This document shows positions 38,793 to 55,899 of a DNA stretch of 64,000 nt, one piece after another. Numbering within the stretch: position 1 is the stretch's first letter; each line of letters opens with the position of its first letter. The position numbers and the translations under genes were made by a program. The DNA comes from the human T2T-CHM13v2.0 reference genome, Homo sapiens. The notes beneath the pieces are model-generated. The model had not been told where the DNA came from and did no database searches. It saw only the letters and a list, made by a program, of their open reading frames with translations. The stretch lies in assembly GCF_009914755.1 (NCBI RefSeq), contig NC_060932.1; one strand, 5' to 3'.

Positions 38793-39463
38793 ACACTAAC
38801 TGTGGAATTCCTTATTTATAAGATGTTCACTTGTTTAAGGTCTCTCTCACCCCCACTTGAGAGCAGCGATTCTTCCTGGAGAGGAGAGTCTTCCATCTGC
38901 ACAACCTTCTGGGAATCATAAGAAATATTAGTAAGAATCAGAAAATGGCACCACTCCTAACCCACCTAGGTGGTCACTGCCCTCAGGTCCAGGACTCAGC
39001 AGGTGGAGCTCTGGTTAAATGGATTTCCCCACTGAGCCCCTCAGCTGGGTGCTCCTGTGCAAGGGAAAACCCCTGCAGCCATAAGGAAAGCCTTGAACAT
39101 TCCTTCTGTCTGGTTTGATGGAGTACCCCCTACACCTAGAATAAGAACTGCCACTAGTGCATGCTCAACTGATTTTGTTGGATTAAAGAGCTCAAGTCAC
39201 CTTGGTCAATCCCTTTATGTGAATCGTAAGCTCCATAACCTTTTGCATCCTTTGAACACCAGAAGTAGTTCTCTCTTCTGGACTTGAGTAGCCACGTGGA
39301 AAGGAGCACTGCTTTATAATCTCATGTCTGCTGTCTCTCTGCTAGGGCTCAGGAGGAGGATGAGGTCTGCCCATGAATGGCTTATGCATCCATAAGCTTC
39401 CACTTCAGACTGCAGTTGTTTCTTGTGTAAAAAATCTGAATGTAAATATGTTTCAAATATACC

Positions 39464-39466
<3 letters not shown>

Positions 39467-39511
<45 letters not shown>

Positions 39512-39521
39512 GACACACACA
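39467..39521. repeat. (CT)n(CA)n compound microsatellite
   Basis: Directly visible. Confidence 0.95.
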
Positions 39522-39639
39522 CTCCCATCTTTATTCTCTTTGAGTTCTATTTTAGAAATCTATGTCCATTCCACATTTACCTAACTTTCATAATATAATT
39601 TACCATACGTTACAGCAATTTTGACTATTATTTAAAAAC

Positions 39640-39818
39640 TTTTTTGTTTTTCTGACACAGGGTCTTACTGTGTTGCCCATGCTGGAGTGCAGTGATGCAA
39701 TCATAACTCACTGTGTCTCCATTTCCTGGGCTCAAGCAATCCTCCCACCTCAGCCTTCCAAGTAAATGGAACAACAGGCATGCGCCACCACACCCAACTA
39801 GTTTTCTTTCCTTCCTTC

Positions 39819-39892
<74 letters not shown>

Positions 39893-40112
39893 CTCTCTCT
39901 TTCTTTCCTTCCTTCTTTCTCTTTTTTTCTTTTTTTCTTAGAGACAGGGTCTCACTATGTTTTGCAGGCTGGTCTTGAACTCCTGCCCTCAAGCAATCCT
40001 ACTGCCTTGACCTCCCAAAGTGCTGGGATTACAGGTATGGACCACTGTGCCCAGCTAATTTTTTTGTTTTTTATTTTTGTAAAGATGGAGTCTTGCTATA
40101 TTGACCAGGCTT
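39640..40112 (-). mobile_element. AluJ-type composite: right arm + (TTTC)n + left monomer + partial second left arm
   Basis: gacacagggtcttactgtgttgccc...gggctcaagcaatcctccc (AluJ); left arm 39940-40056; extra taatttttt...gtaaagatggagtcttgctatattgaccaggct. Confidence 0.9.
39802..39938. repeat. (TTTC)n/(TTCC)n STR inside the Alu
   Basis: About 135 bp of pure pyrimidine tetranucleotide repeat. Confidence 0.97.
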
Positions 40113-40199
40113 ATTATAAATTTTAATCCCCTCTGTAATTTACCTCTACATAGCTCCTGGGGTGATTGCATCACTTTCCAGCTTACAGCTCTTCCTAGC

Positions 40200-41180
40200 T
40201 TCCTATTACCCATGGGTAGGATCAAGACTGTGCTTCTCAACATAGTGCACTAGGACTTCCAAGATCCTACTTCAATCCACCCTCCCTGTATTACCTTGTA
40301 CCCTCACTATATAGAATCCTATAAAATTCAATCCAATGGAATTATATATGTTGGTTTTTCCTAAGGGTCTAACATTTTCCCCTGCTTAAAATGTCTTTCC
40401 TCTTCACTATGAACTTGTGCTCATTCTTTGAGGTCCAGCACAAATATTACCTCCTTTGTAAAGACTTCCATTGCCTAGTCCTCACCTTAGCTGTGGCGGA
40501 ATGAAGTTTATCCTCTCCTGTATTTCCATAAAACTTCAAAAGCAGCACCTACCACACCATGTTGTAGTTGTCTAGCTATAAGACAGTCTACCCGAACAGA
40601 CTCTATGTCCCATTGAGGTAGGAGGTGGCGCCTGACTCAGGAGGTGGAATTCAACTCTGGAGGTGTAGCTTGGGCACCAGACCTAATTGAGGACTAGCTA
40701 AAACAGGGACAGGGTGAAAGCACCTCCCCATAGACATGCCCACCAATGTGCCATGTCAGTTTACCATTGCCATGGCAACACCTGAAAGTTAATACCCTTT
40801 ATCTAGAAATTTCTGCATAATCCAACCCTTAATTTGCATATAACTAAAACTGGGTATGAATATGACTACAGAACTGCCTCTGAGCTGCTATTCTGGGCTC
40901 AGTGCCTATGGCTTAGCCCTGCTTTACAAGGAGCAGTACCTCTGCTGCTGCTGTGCATGGTCGCTTTAATAAAAGTTGCTGTCTAACACCACCACTCACG
41001 CTTGAATTCTTTCCTGGGTGAAGCCAAGAACCCTCTTGGACTAAGTTCCAATTTGGGGGCTCACCTGCCTGCATTACCATGAAGGCCTTACTCAACTGCA
41101 GTACCCCAGCCTCTGTCATCAAGTCTAAAATAAGAAAGATTCTCAATAAATGTTGAAGAAAATGATGGATGCATGAATGA
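40200..41180 (+). mobile_element. L2 3' region, split by an LTR
   Basis: tcattctttgaggtccagcacaaatattacctcctttgtaaagacttcc...ctctatgtcccat|gaaggc...tctcaataaatgttgaagaaaatgatggatgcatgaatga. Confidence 0.8.
40614..41076 (+). mobile_element. MER66/LTR19-like ERV1 solo LTR
   Basis: tgaggtaggagg...aattgaggactagctaaaacagggac...ccattgccatggcaacac...cttaatttgcatat...aataaaag...ttcctgggtgaagccaagaacc; perfect 4-bp TSD CCAT. Confidence 0.85.
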
Positions 41181-42529
41181 GAATAACATACTCCAGGCAC
41201 TGCATTTTCCCCCATGATCCCCACAAGCTGGCCAAGTCCTCCATTAGGCATCATTTCCCAAACTGACAAGATAAATTCAACTAATTCTCGGATACCACTG
41301 CCTTCTCCTTCTCTATGCCTCTGAACAGGGCTCTCATCAAGTTCAGGATTGGCTTCAGTCTAGGAAAATAAATAGGCCTCTCCATAGACACAATACAGCC
41401 AGCTAATTTATATGAGGAGGCCACTTCAGGCCCCCTGCTTCTTGTACTAAGCAGAGAGAACAAGATGAGGAGCTCCAACATGAGTTATGGCCTCATTCAG
41501 CCCGGGATCTCTCTAGCATCAGGGCCTTCTGCTCTTTTGACAGAAGTTTATGTTCTAAGTCATTAAGGTTTTCTGCCAAAACACAACGTGTTTCTCTTTA
41601 AAGGCCCTTGTTCCCACTCAGAAGTTTCTTAATCAGAAACAGTGACCAGCTGTTAAACTCAAAATAAAGGAAATAAAATTAACTATCCCAATTGCTTTTT
41701 GCTGGTTTGGGCTTTAGTTTCATTTTATTATTTTCTTTACAAGCCTTAGACTTATAAGGGAACTCCCCAGTGCCCACCTTCCCATTCTGTTGTGGAAGGA
41801 GAGAGGTGTGATGCCCAACATGACGTTTGAGTTATAGTTTCTCTAAGCCATTTGCAAATATTGATGAATTTGGGATGTTAAGCGCCAGTGTTTCAAACTA
41901 GCATGTCTGGACTGTGGTTGAGAGACTGCTATGGGCTCCTAGCTGCATAGGTGCTGGGCATTTTCAGAGCCAAAGAGACAATGGCTCAGGAGGGAAGAAG
42001 AGGATTCTGCCAGCTTAGACTTTTTTGAATGGATTCCAGCTGCCCTTCCTATTCAAGAAAGGCCATTGTAGCAGTCTGTCTCTTTGATCCAACCATGGAA
42101 ACACCTGGTATAAAGCCATTCAGGTACAGCTTAAAGAAAAGTCCAGAAAAGAGAGTGAAAAGTACAAAGAGAAGGAAATGATAAGAACTAGAAGAACTGG
42201 GTAGAGAGACTTAGAATCATTGAGTTAGAACTAGAAATCATTTGGTTCATTATATAGATTGTACAAATCAGAAGAGTGGGACCCAGAGAGATTTTGACTC
42301 ACAAAGGGGGCGAAAAATTGTTCAGTGCCCTCTTCCCCCTACTGGATGAGAGAAAGCATGAGGGAACAGGCAGGGCAAAGCCTAAAACTTGGCGCATTTC
42401 CTGGCACAAAGTAGACAATAAACACCTGGTAAAATAACATTAAATAAGAGTTCACACAGGGAATAATATAACTCCATATTTTCTCTGCCCCTCAGGCAAC
42501 TTCACACAAAAAAGTTTGGATGTCTTAAT

Positions 42530-45167
<2,638 letters not shown>

Positions 45168-45573
45168 AGAAATCTTCTTAATTCTTCTTTTTCTTAGTCT
45201 TCCATCATGTGGATATACCAGTTTATTCAATCAATTTCCTGTGTTTGAGCATTTATGTAATTTCTAATATTGTGCAATTATGAATAATGCTGCCATAAAT
45301 AAGCTTGTGGTGGTGTATTCTTACGTTATTGGAGGTGTATCTTCAGGACAAATTGTCAGGTCGAAGGGCAAGTGTATATGTAGTTTTGTTAGATAATTCT
45401 ATACGGGTAACACTTTTTGCATTCTCAAAAGCAATCTGTGTGTATTTCCCCACAGTCTTGCCAACAGAGTCCATCAGTGTACTTCACTATACTTTTGTAA
45501 GTGAAGTTGAATATATTTTCATATGTTTAATCTGTGTGCGGGGTGGGGGGGTGTATGTGTGTATATTGTGTTC

Positions 45574-47096
45574 TTTTTTAATTTTTAGTTTTTGGGCATA
45601 TGGAATAGTTCTTTAGTGGTGATTTCTGAGATTTCGATGCACACATCACCCAAGCAGTGTACACTGTACCCAATGTATAGTCTTTTATTCCTCACCCCAC
45701 TCCCAACAGTTCCACCAAAGAGTCCCCAAAGTCCATTATATCATTCTTATGATTTTGCATCCTCATAGTTTAGCTCCTACTTATAAGTGAGAACATAGGA
45801 TATTTGGTTTCTATTCCTGAGTTACTTCACTTAAAATAATGGTCTCCAACTCCATCCAAGTTGCTGCAAATGCCATTGTTTGGTTTCTTTTTATGGCTGA
45901 GTAGTAGTCCATGGCGTATATATACCACATTTTCTTTATCCACTCATTGGTTGATGGGCATTTAGATTGATTCCCTATTTTTGCAATTGCAAATTGTGCT
46001 TCCATAAACATGTGTGTGCAAATGTCTTTTTCATATAACTTCTTTTCCTTAGGGTAGATACCCAGTAGTGGGATTGCTGGATGGAATGGTAATTCTACTT
46101 TTAGATCTTTAAAGAATCTCTATACTGTTTCCCATAGTGGTTGTACTAGTTTACATTCCCACCAACAGTGTAAAAGTGTTCCCTTTTCACCACAACTACG
46201 CCAACATCAATTGTTTTTTATTTTTAAATTATGGCCATTCTGGTAGGAGTAAGGTGATATGGCATTGTGGTTTAAATTTGCATTTCTCCGATAGTGATGT
46301 TGAGCATTTTTCATATATTTTTTGGCCATTTGTATGTCTTCTTTTGATAATTGTCTATTCAATTTGTTCACCTTTTGATGGGGTTGTTTTTTCTTGCTAA
46401 TTAGTTTGCGTTCCTTGTAGAATCTGGATGTCAATCCTTTGTTGGATGCAGTTTGTGAATATTCTCTCCTACTCTGTGGGTTGTCTATTTACTCTGCTGA
46501 TTATTTCTTTTGCTACACAGAAGCTTTTTAGTTTAATTAGGTCACATTTATTTATTTGTTTGTTTATTTTTGTTGCATTTGCTTTTGGGTTCTTGGTCAT
46601 GAACACTTTGCCTAAGCCAATGTCTAGAAGAGTTTTTCCAATCTTATCTTCCACAGGTTTTCAGTTTGGGGTCTTAGATTTAAGTCTTTGATTCATCTTG
46701 AGTGTTGTTTTTTTTTTTAATAAGGTAAGAGATGAGGACCTAGTTTCATTCTTCTACATGTGGCTTGCAAATTATCCCAGCACCATTTGTTGAATAGGGT
46801 GTTCTTTCTTCACTTTAGGGTTTTTGTAGGTTGTCAAAGAACAGTTGGCTATAAGTATTTGGCTTTATTTCTGGGTTCTTTATTCTATCCCATTGGTTTA
46901 CATGCCTATTTTTATATCAGTACCATGCCATTTTGGTAACTATCGCCTTGTAGTACAGCTTGAAGTCAAGTAATGTGATGCTTCCAGATTTGTCCTTTTT
47001 GCTTAGTCTTGCTTTGTGTATGTGGGTTCTTTTTTGGTTCCATATGAAATTTAGGATGGCTTTCTCTAGTTCTATGAAGAATAATAATGGTATTTT
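45574..47096 (-). mobile_element. 5'-truncated L1PB (L1PB1-like): 3' UTR plus disrupted ORF2 C-terminus
   Basis: 3'UTR ctttagtggtgatttctgagattt...cagtgtacactgtacccaatg; ORF2 peptides KCPSTNEWIKKMWYIY...WMELETIILSEVTQE (45811-46011) and [11 protein letters not shown]...DLIKLKSFC...RVNRQPTE (46469-46654) split by frameshifts/stops. Confidence 0.93.
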
Positions 47097-48560
47097 GTGT
47101 GTATTTTATTCGTATGCCTTGCTTTTTTTTCTATATAACTTTGGTCTTTTTTTTCAATTTTAAGAGTTCCTTGTTTATTAGTCCATTATTTGTTGTATAT
47201 GTTCCAAATATTTTCTGCCAATTCACTTATTTTTGACTTTGCTCACATTGTTTTCTGCCATGTATTGTTTTAATGTAGGCAATTTTATTAAACTTTTTTT
47301 GCATCTTGATTTTGAATTACAGTATAAAGCCTTTCCCTAAAACCAGGTAAAAGAAAAATTGACCCATTAAAAATACCTATATAATTAAACGTTTACATTT
47401 ATGTTTCTAAAATGGATTCATTTTATCTTTGTCTAAATGGCTATTCAGTTATCCTAACATCAATTATAGAAAAGTTCATATTAGTTCTAATGATTTGATA
47501 TGCCACCTTTATCATATTCTAAATTTCCAGATGTACTCAGATTTGTTTTTTTTTTTTTACTTTCTTTTGCATTCTACTTTTCTTTTTGCTTTTTTCTTTT
47601 CCATGCTAGTTCTACAATATATTAATTACAGAGATTTTATAGTATCTTTCAACATCTGGAGTCATCCTCTGAGATCTTCCTTCTATTGTTTTGCTAAATA
47701 TCGTGGCATGCTTTTTTTCCATAAAACTTTAGTATTAACCTCTCTAGCTCCAGAATAACAATGGCAATGTTTTAATTAGGAGAACTACTATCTTGATGAT
47801 ATTGAACTATTTTATCCAAAAACAATGAATATCTTTTCATATGCTTAATTTTTTAAAGTGTGAATTCAGTATGTGTGTACATTTTTTCCTTTTTTTTAAA
47901 ACTATTTCATGTTAAAATTAAACCATACTAAACAAATGTAACACTCAAAGAATTATAAGACAAATAGTCTTGTACCCAAGTCAAGAAATGGAACTTGGTC
48001 AGCCACACCAAAAACCCCTCTATGAGCTCCATTCCAATCACAGCTCCCTCCCTCATTCCAAAAGTAGCCAGTATCTTGAAATCCACAGTAATCAGCTCTT
48101 TGCCTTTCTTTATATTCAAACACTATGTGTCCATTCTTTGATGCTAAAGTTTAATCTTGCCAATGAAAACAATTTTTTTTATGTCCATTAAATCTCACTT
48201 AGTCTACAGACTTCTTCTCCATCCTTTTGTTTTCTATATAGTTATCTATTGAAGACCCTGGGCCTATTAGACCTGTAGAGTTTTTAAAGTTTGAATTTTG
48301 CAAACTCAGGATGCAGTTCGTTATGTTTCTTCTGGAAATTTGTATTCCCTATAAATTGGGAATACAAATTTAAATTGGACCAAAAGGATTGATCAGACTC
48401 TTGTTCGGTCCTTTTGGCAAGCTTATAGTGCTGTTGTTGCATTATTTCATCAGGGAACACAGAATATTAGGCATTCACTCTTTTTTGATATTAATAATTA
48501 TTGTTGCTAAATGCCTCCAGTCTCTTTGTTTTCAATATCTCCCTAATTATTTTGTGTGTC
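47097..48560 (-). mobile_element. Old L1M fragments
   Basis: T-rich degenerate L1-like sequence (ctaaatggctattcagttatcctaacatc; cccaagtcaagaaatggaac); host of the L1PB insertion, also at 45170-45560. Confidence 0.6.
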
Positions 48561-49274
48561 TGAAACTCACTGATATACCACAGATATCTATATTCCTTTG
48601 GAAAACAGAAAGCCTGGATTTTTACATGCAGTTTTCACATCCTTTGTATGAATCAGAAGTCAGTTCCGCACCCTCCCCTTCATACTTACTCCCTTCTCCT
48701 CCTATCCACACATAATAACAAGGAGGTGCCTTTTACTATCTTGGTAGTAGGAAATAAGCACTGTGTATAAGAGCTCTTGGGAGGGGAAAGTGTATTATAG
48801 CCAACGTCCCCAAAGAGCACCATCCTTTCCTAATAAGTTCTAAAGGTTAAAGAACCTTACGTGTCTGGAGTAGATAAATAGTTTGTGTTTGTTTACATTT
48901 ATTAACATGTATTAAAAGACACAGGAATGCTTAGCCCTGAGGGAAAAGTCATCCCTAGGTGTATTTATTGCTCCAAAGGGTGTGGTAGTGCTGAAGAATT
49001 CCTTTCATATAAGCTACTGCGAACCCTTCCTTGACCCAGAGAGAAACTTATCCAGAGGTGAGTTCTCTAAGGATGGTTGGCTGGTTAATGGGGCAAGCAG
49101 GGCTGAAACCCAAGTCCGCGACTGCCTAGCTCATCCTGCTGCAGAGGAGCACAGCCTCTACTTTGATCCCTCCTTCCCTTCCCTCCTCTCTCACCAAGAG
49201 TAGAAAACCAGGCTACACTAGGTCTCATAGTCACTAGAAAATGCTCTTAGATCAGCATTTTAAACAGGTGCTTT

Positions 49275-49610
49275 GTTTACTCATTAGTTATTTTTATTAA
49301 GTGCCTACTATGTGCCAGGCAACTGCTTGGTATGGCTATCCAGTGATGAACAAAACAGATGAGATTTTCCCCTCATGGAGTTTACTATAGTCCACAGAGG
49401 AAGACGAGCAATAAGTCAAGAGGCAGCTACATAAACACAATTACAGATGATGCTAAATGCCATATAGAAAAAAGAAAAAGAGAGAGAGAGCGAGTGAGAG
49501 AGAGAGAGTGATATGGACAAAACAAATACAGGAGTGGGGTTCTTTAGAATGGATGATGAAAGAAGGCCTCTCTGAGGGGTGGCTGTTTATACTGAGATTG
49601 GAAGATGCAG
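49275..49610 (-). mobile_element. L2a 3' end
   Basis: tttattaagtgcctactatgtgccaggc...cagtgatgaacaaaacagatg...cccctcatggagtttac...gaaggcctctctgagg. Confidence 0.9.
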
Positions 49611-49936
49611 TGGTTCAAGGGCAAAAGCAGGTTCCTTACGCTACCCAATGTCACTTCTTTCTTTCCTAAATAAACTTTCGTTAAATACTTATGTGCAAAT
49701 CACTGTGCTAGCTGCTAAGAACATACCAAGTTGAAATGATGTGCCTTTGTCCTAAGCAAAGCTTGTTGACTGGTGGAGGAAATACATAAATACAGAGCTA
49801 ACAAAAGAGAATAAACATAAAGCAAAGAGGGAGAGGAATGTGTTCTGTCTGAGGCTGGAGATGACTGTTCTCAAGTTACTAGATTAATGCTGCATAGGCA
49901 GAGATGTTTAAAATTCAATTCCAGTAACATCATTGG

Positions 49937-50970
<1,034 letters not shown>

Positions 50971-51829
50971 TCGGTAAGCAAACAACAACAAAACAAAACA
51001 AAAACCATTAAGCTCTAGGATCAGCAAATGGTCCCATCAGAAATCTCATCTCAGCAGTATAATTGGTAACAGAAGATCCAAATGCTATACCTTTGTTCAC
51101 TTTAGATAGAATAAGAGGCATTCATTCCATCATCAAAGAAACAGCAGGTGGGATGGAGACATGGTGAAGAGTTTTCTGGTCTGACAAGCCAGTTCTCATG
51201 CTGCGAATAAAATCGGGTGTGCTAGTCTACAGTCTTTCTTTTCTTATCCATCTTTGGGTTCAGAATGATTTGGAAAACATCTTACTGCATATTCAAAAGA
51301 ACTGAAGTTACCTAAAAACAGCAAGAATGGACCCTAGCAATGTGCATATCCCCCACTGTGCAGCATGAAGTTGCCAATAGAGAAAGAGAGAGAGACGTTC
51401 CACCTACATAGGCTTACCTCCTCACTGTAAGACACACCTCCGTTGGATGTGGCCTGACAGTCCTTACCCACCTTCATCTTCTTCCCTATGGCCTCACCAA
51501 GTAGCCCAGGTTTGTTCATTGGTCATGGGGAGTATGAACGCATTCTCTTGTCTTCTACTCCATGGGCTGTTGAACATACACCTCTGGGAAAGACGGAGCT
51601 GACCTTGCCAAAATCCACAAACCATCCAGAATTGCTTGGACCCTTTTAATTACTAGATTCACTGCCCAGGGTATTCCTGGTAGAGCTGCAGAAGCAGCAT
51701 GGGTTAAAAAAAGAAGTTTTTCTCCTTTCTTCCTCCCCACCTATGTCTACCTTTCTTGGTTACTAGAAAGACAGAGTAGATGAAGAATAAAAAGCAAAAT
51801 GAATAATTCAGTGTTGAAGGGGGACAGAA

Positions 51830-51985
51830 TTTTATTTACCAAGGCCTGTGCTCAGTGTTTGCTATTTACAATGTCCTGTAATTTTCAAAACAAATGAAGT
51901 TGACATTTTATTTTTATTTCATAGATGAAGAAATGGAGGCTGAAAGGGTTCAAGTGAATGCCTAGATTTGAATGGTCTCAGGTCT
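51830..51985 (-). mobile_element. MIR fragment
   Basis: atttcatagatgaagaaatggaggctgaaagggttcaagtgaatgcc. Confidence 0.7.
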
Positions 51986-53376
51986 TCTAAATAAATAGTA
52001 TATGCTCTTTTAATGGAAACAGGCCATCTGCAGGCAACACACTCAGGATGGTCTCCTGTAGTCATTGTTCTTTTGAAATCATAACACTAACTTAGGAGGT
52101 TCATTGAAAGCACATTGTCTTGTCCAGGTGCCATTAGATCCACTGTGAGATTCCCTGAAGTTCTGAACTTAAGGCCAGAATTCATCTTCACTGCCAAAAG
52201 ATGTATCTGAGACTGATGAAAAAATTAGGTTTGACTCACCCCAGCCCAGGCTCCTAGGAAACCATGCCTGTGTGTATGAGGCTGAGTGAGCACTTTAGTC
52301 AAGCACATGACTAATGTGAGCTGGAATAGCATATTGTCAAGATCAACCACATCCCAGCTTGTGTGCAAATCAGAAATGCCAGAGAATTTTTCCATAGTCT
52401 TCCATAATGTTCATTATAAAAGAGTCCCCAGATGGCAGATGGCTATTAGCTCACCATGACCTATGTAAATGTCAAACGTAAAACTATTGCCCCAGCAAAA
52501 ATCTCAAAATAAATAACAACAGGAGGGATGAGATTCTGTTGTCATCAGTATTTACAGTTGATGCATTTGGGCTCTTCTGTTCTCAAGCCAGCACAGAAAT
52601 GCTTTCATCCCACTAGGGAATTCAATTAACAAGAGCAATACAGGAAGAGGAGTCCCACAGAAATAACTCATACAGATGAAGAATGGCTACCCTTACAAGG
52701 CTGGGAAGCAGGGGGTGGCTTTGGGGTATTGCTTAGCCCATATTTTAAAGGTTTATCTCCAGATCTTTACCCTCATGACCAGATTTACTAAGCCAAAAGA
52801 AAGGTCGGCTTGTCTAGTTTCACACCTGGACAACCTAAAACAGGAGCATTCTTTACCATCAAAGGGAAACCCCAGATCTCAAGAAAGAGAATAAGTTATT
52901 TTTGTATAGGGCTTAGAGAATCAACTTGTACCTTATTTGAAATTCACAGGGTCTCTGCCTGACAACTGTCAGCCCTACAGAGAACTGCTTTCCACCATGA
53001 TATGTGTGTGTATATGTCTGGTGTGTATACATAAAATTTTTATACACACACACACACATATATATACTCAAAAAGATATGTGTATATATCTTTTTTAACA
53101 TATCAATGTTTCTAACACAACACAGTTTAAATCTGGTTCTCCAGATGAACAACTGGAAAAATCTTCAGTCAATCTGTTCAGTGAACTAAAATCAGCTTAC
53201 ATTGTCATGTTGACTTTATGGTATAATGATTATGTTTGGAATTTTCTCCTACATTTCTAAAGACCTATTGATTCTAGGAGCTGAGAAGCAAAGGAGGAAA
53301 AAATTACCCCTAGAGCTTGGGCAAAGGATTCACCATGAAGCAATTGAGTAAGTGGTATGATCTGCAAGTTCAAAGA

Positions 53377-53509
53377 GAGGGTGACCATCTAATTTACCTT
53401 CCAGACTGGGAAATTCTGAGAGTGGAAGGCGGTGCTATTAATAATTTCACCAAGGCAACAGGCATAAACCAGTGGTATCCAGGCCAAACATAGACATCAG
53501 GTCACCTTA
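53377..53509 (-). mobile_element. MER94 (hAT-Blackjack MITE)
   Basis: TIRs agggtgacc / ggtcacctt; internal tgagagtggaaggcggtgctattaataat...caacaggcataaacc; 8-bp TSD ttcaaaga/ctcaaaga. Confidence 0.9.
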
Positions 53510-53609
53510 CTCAAAGATGATTTATAGACACCACCAAAAGAGCTTATTTAAACAGTGCATGTGTCTGTGGAACAAAAGGTTTCATTATGAGAAATAACCA
53601 AAGCAGGAA

Positions 53610-53800
53610 GGCAGCAGTGTGTAATAGAAAGAACTTTGTAATTTGACAGCACTTTGTTTTAAAACCGGCTCTCTTTCCCAACTAGCTATGTGACCTTAAG
53701 CCTCTACTTTCTCACTGGAAAAGCGGGAATAAAATACCTTGAAAAGCTATTGTCAGAATTAAATGAGATAAAATATGTGAAGTGTCAGACACACTGCCTG
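53610..53800 (+). mobile_element. MIR
   Basis: gcagcagtgtgtaatagaaagaac...actagctatgtgaccttaagcctc...attaaatgagataaaatatgtgaagtg...cactgcctgg. Confidence 0.85.
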
Positions 53801-53967
53801 GGAAGAAAAGGCACGTCGGAATTTTTCTTTCCCATTCTCAGGAACATGCAGATGCCACAGCTCACATCTGTGATATGACATTACTCCTTGGTTTTAAATA
53901 AACAACTACTACAAATGCACTTGAAAATTAATTTGCAACCAAGCTTTTGCTAACAATGGACATTTGG

Positions 53968-54172
<205 letters not shown>

Positions 54173-54784
54173 GGAGTATTTGATCCTAGTGTTGTTTTTG
54201 TTTTCACCTTTGAGAAGACAAGTGATTATACAAATCACACCTCAGCTATGGTGTCAAGCCAAGGTTTGCCCTGGAAGTATAGTTCTCCATTCCTAAAGAA
54301 ACCTCCCAGTTTAGGAAAAGTGTCCAGTGTGTAAATCATAGACCATGAGTCTCATCATACATCTATTAATACAAGATAATTTCTGGTATGCTGAAACTGG
54401 CCGGTGTCCTACATATACTTTTCATATGCTGTAAAATTTAAAGGTTTTGTAGCAAAAAGTCAATTTATACTATTTCATTTAACTTCAAGAAAGCTCCCCA
54501 AGTGGCCCATGGGTCCCAAACAAGAGATGGCCCATCTTTCATTCCATGTGATGCTTCTTCTGGCTCCTGTTCTCCCAACTCAGGGTACTCACTGGTGGAT
54601 ACTTTATTTGTAACACTCTTATAAAAGCAAAGTTGCAATTATTCCATTGGAGTCACATTCCAAAATTTCACTCTCACTATGGAAAAACTTAGAGGAAAAT
54701 TTAGCCCTGAGGATCTTATTACTAAAATTGAACTCACATTCTAAAGTACCACTAATACTCTGAAGTGGGTTTTGAAGTTGGAAT

Positions 54785-55230
54785 GCATTTATCTACTGTT
54801 CAATAGGTGTTTGTAAAGCACTCATTACATACCAGTATCATAGTAACAAGCTGAAACAACTCTGGGTTGACATTCAGGAAGCTCAACGTCTTAGGGGAGA
54901 AAGGAGCAACTAGATACTATACACCAAGTACATATTTTAATGGAGTTAAGAACAAGTTAAATTGAAGCATAAAGAAGCATCTAGACAGACCTGGGGAAGA
55001 AGAAAAGAAGGAGAGGCATTTGAGCTGGGATTTAAAGGTGGAGTTTGCAAGGGGTTCAAGATCTAGGAAGATGGAACAGCCCACAGAAAGGCTGGGAAGA
55101 GGGTCCTGGGCTTCGCATGTCACAAGCACAAGGGCAGCATATGATGTGCAGAGGCTAGGAAAGCCCATAGGATGGACATGTGCAGAGGACTTGGTCACGA
55201 GGGACGCTCTCCACTTTGTAAAGGAGTGCA
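54785..55230 (-). mobile_element. L2 fragment
   Basis: cattcaggaagctcaacgtct...gaggcatttgagctgggatttaaagg. Confidence 0.65.
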
Positions 55231-55419
55231 GAGGTTTATCTCACATGCCCTCAAGTCTTCAACCTATGCTTTGGATCTGCTCCACAACTCCATCAGAAAA
55301 CCCTGTCTGCTGTATGCTGAGAGTCTGTCTTCCATTTGACTCATCCTGGTCAGGCCAACATCTCTCTCCTGCCGGTCGGGAATAACCTGTCCTAAATGAT
55401 TTCGTGTGTCTGTTAAATT

Positions 55420-55590
55420 TTGTTTAATTTATTCTTAACTGTTCCTTCTATGTCTACCATGGCTAGAATGCAAGCTCTGTGAAGGAGTTGCTTAGGTTTA
55501 TCTCAATTCACTGGTTTATTCCCAGTTCCTTGAACAGTGCTCAGGCAGACTTGGCACTCAGTAAACACATACAAAGCATGATTGAATGAA
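55420..55590 (+). mobile_element. L2 3' end
   Basis: ctagaatgcaagctctgtgaagg...attcactggtttattcccag...gaacagtgc...ggcactcagtaaac...tgaatgaa. Confidence 0.8.
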
Positions 55591-55899
55591 GTCCATCAGG
55601 GAAGAAGGGGAAGGCCAAAGAGAAAGCCTTCTGTGCCTCCTTCTATGGTCTTTGCCTGTCTTAAACATCAGGTTCCTTACAAGTTTTCAATGCAAATCAG
55701 ATTCCACTGCTTAAACAAACAAGCATAGAAGGAAACAATTATGATGGCCTCTAAGAATTCTAAGCACCGTGATGTGACCCGACTTGACGTTGAGGAGATC
55801 CTAAGGTGCAGATGAGACAGAGGCCCTAAGGCTAGAAGGAGGGAAGGCAGGTAAGGAGGGTCCTCCTGGGCTACAGGAGAGGAGCTGAGAGCCTGCATT

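Noticed and set aside
40618-40632. AGGTGGCGC resembling the 3' half of a CTCF motif
   Set aside because: 5' half (CCASY) absent and the site lies in an LTR terminus; insufficient support
45811-46654. L1 ORF2-like peptides
   Set aside because: Broken fragments of a 5'-truncated L1PB; not an intact retrotransposon or host gene
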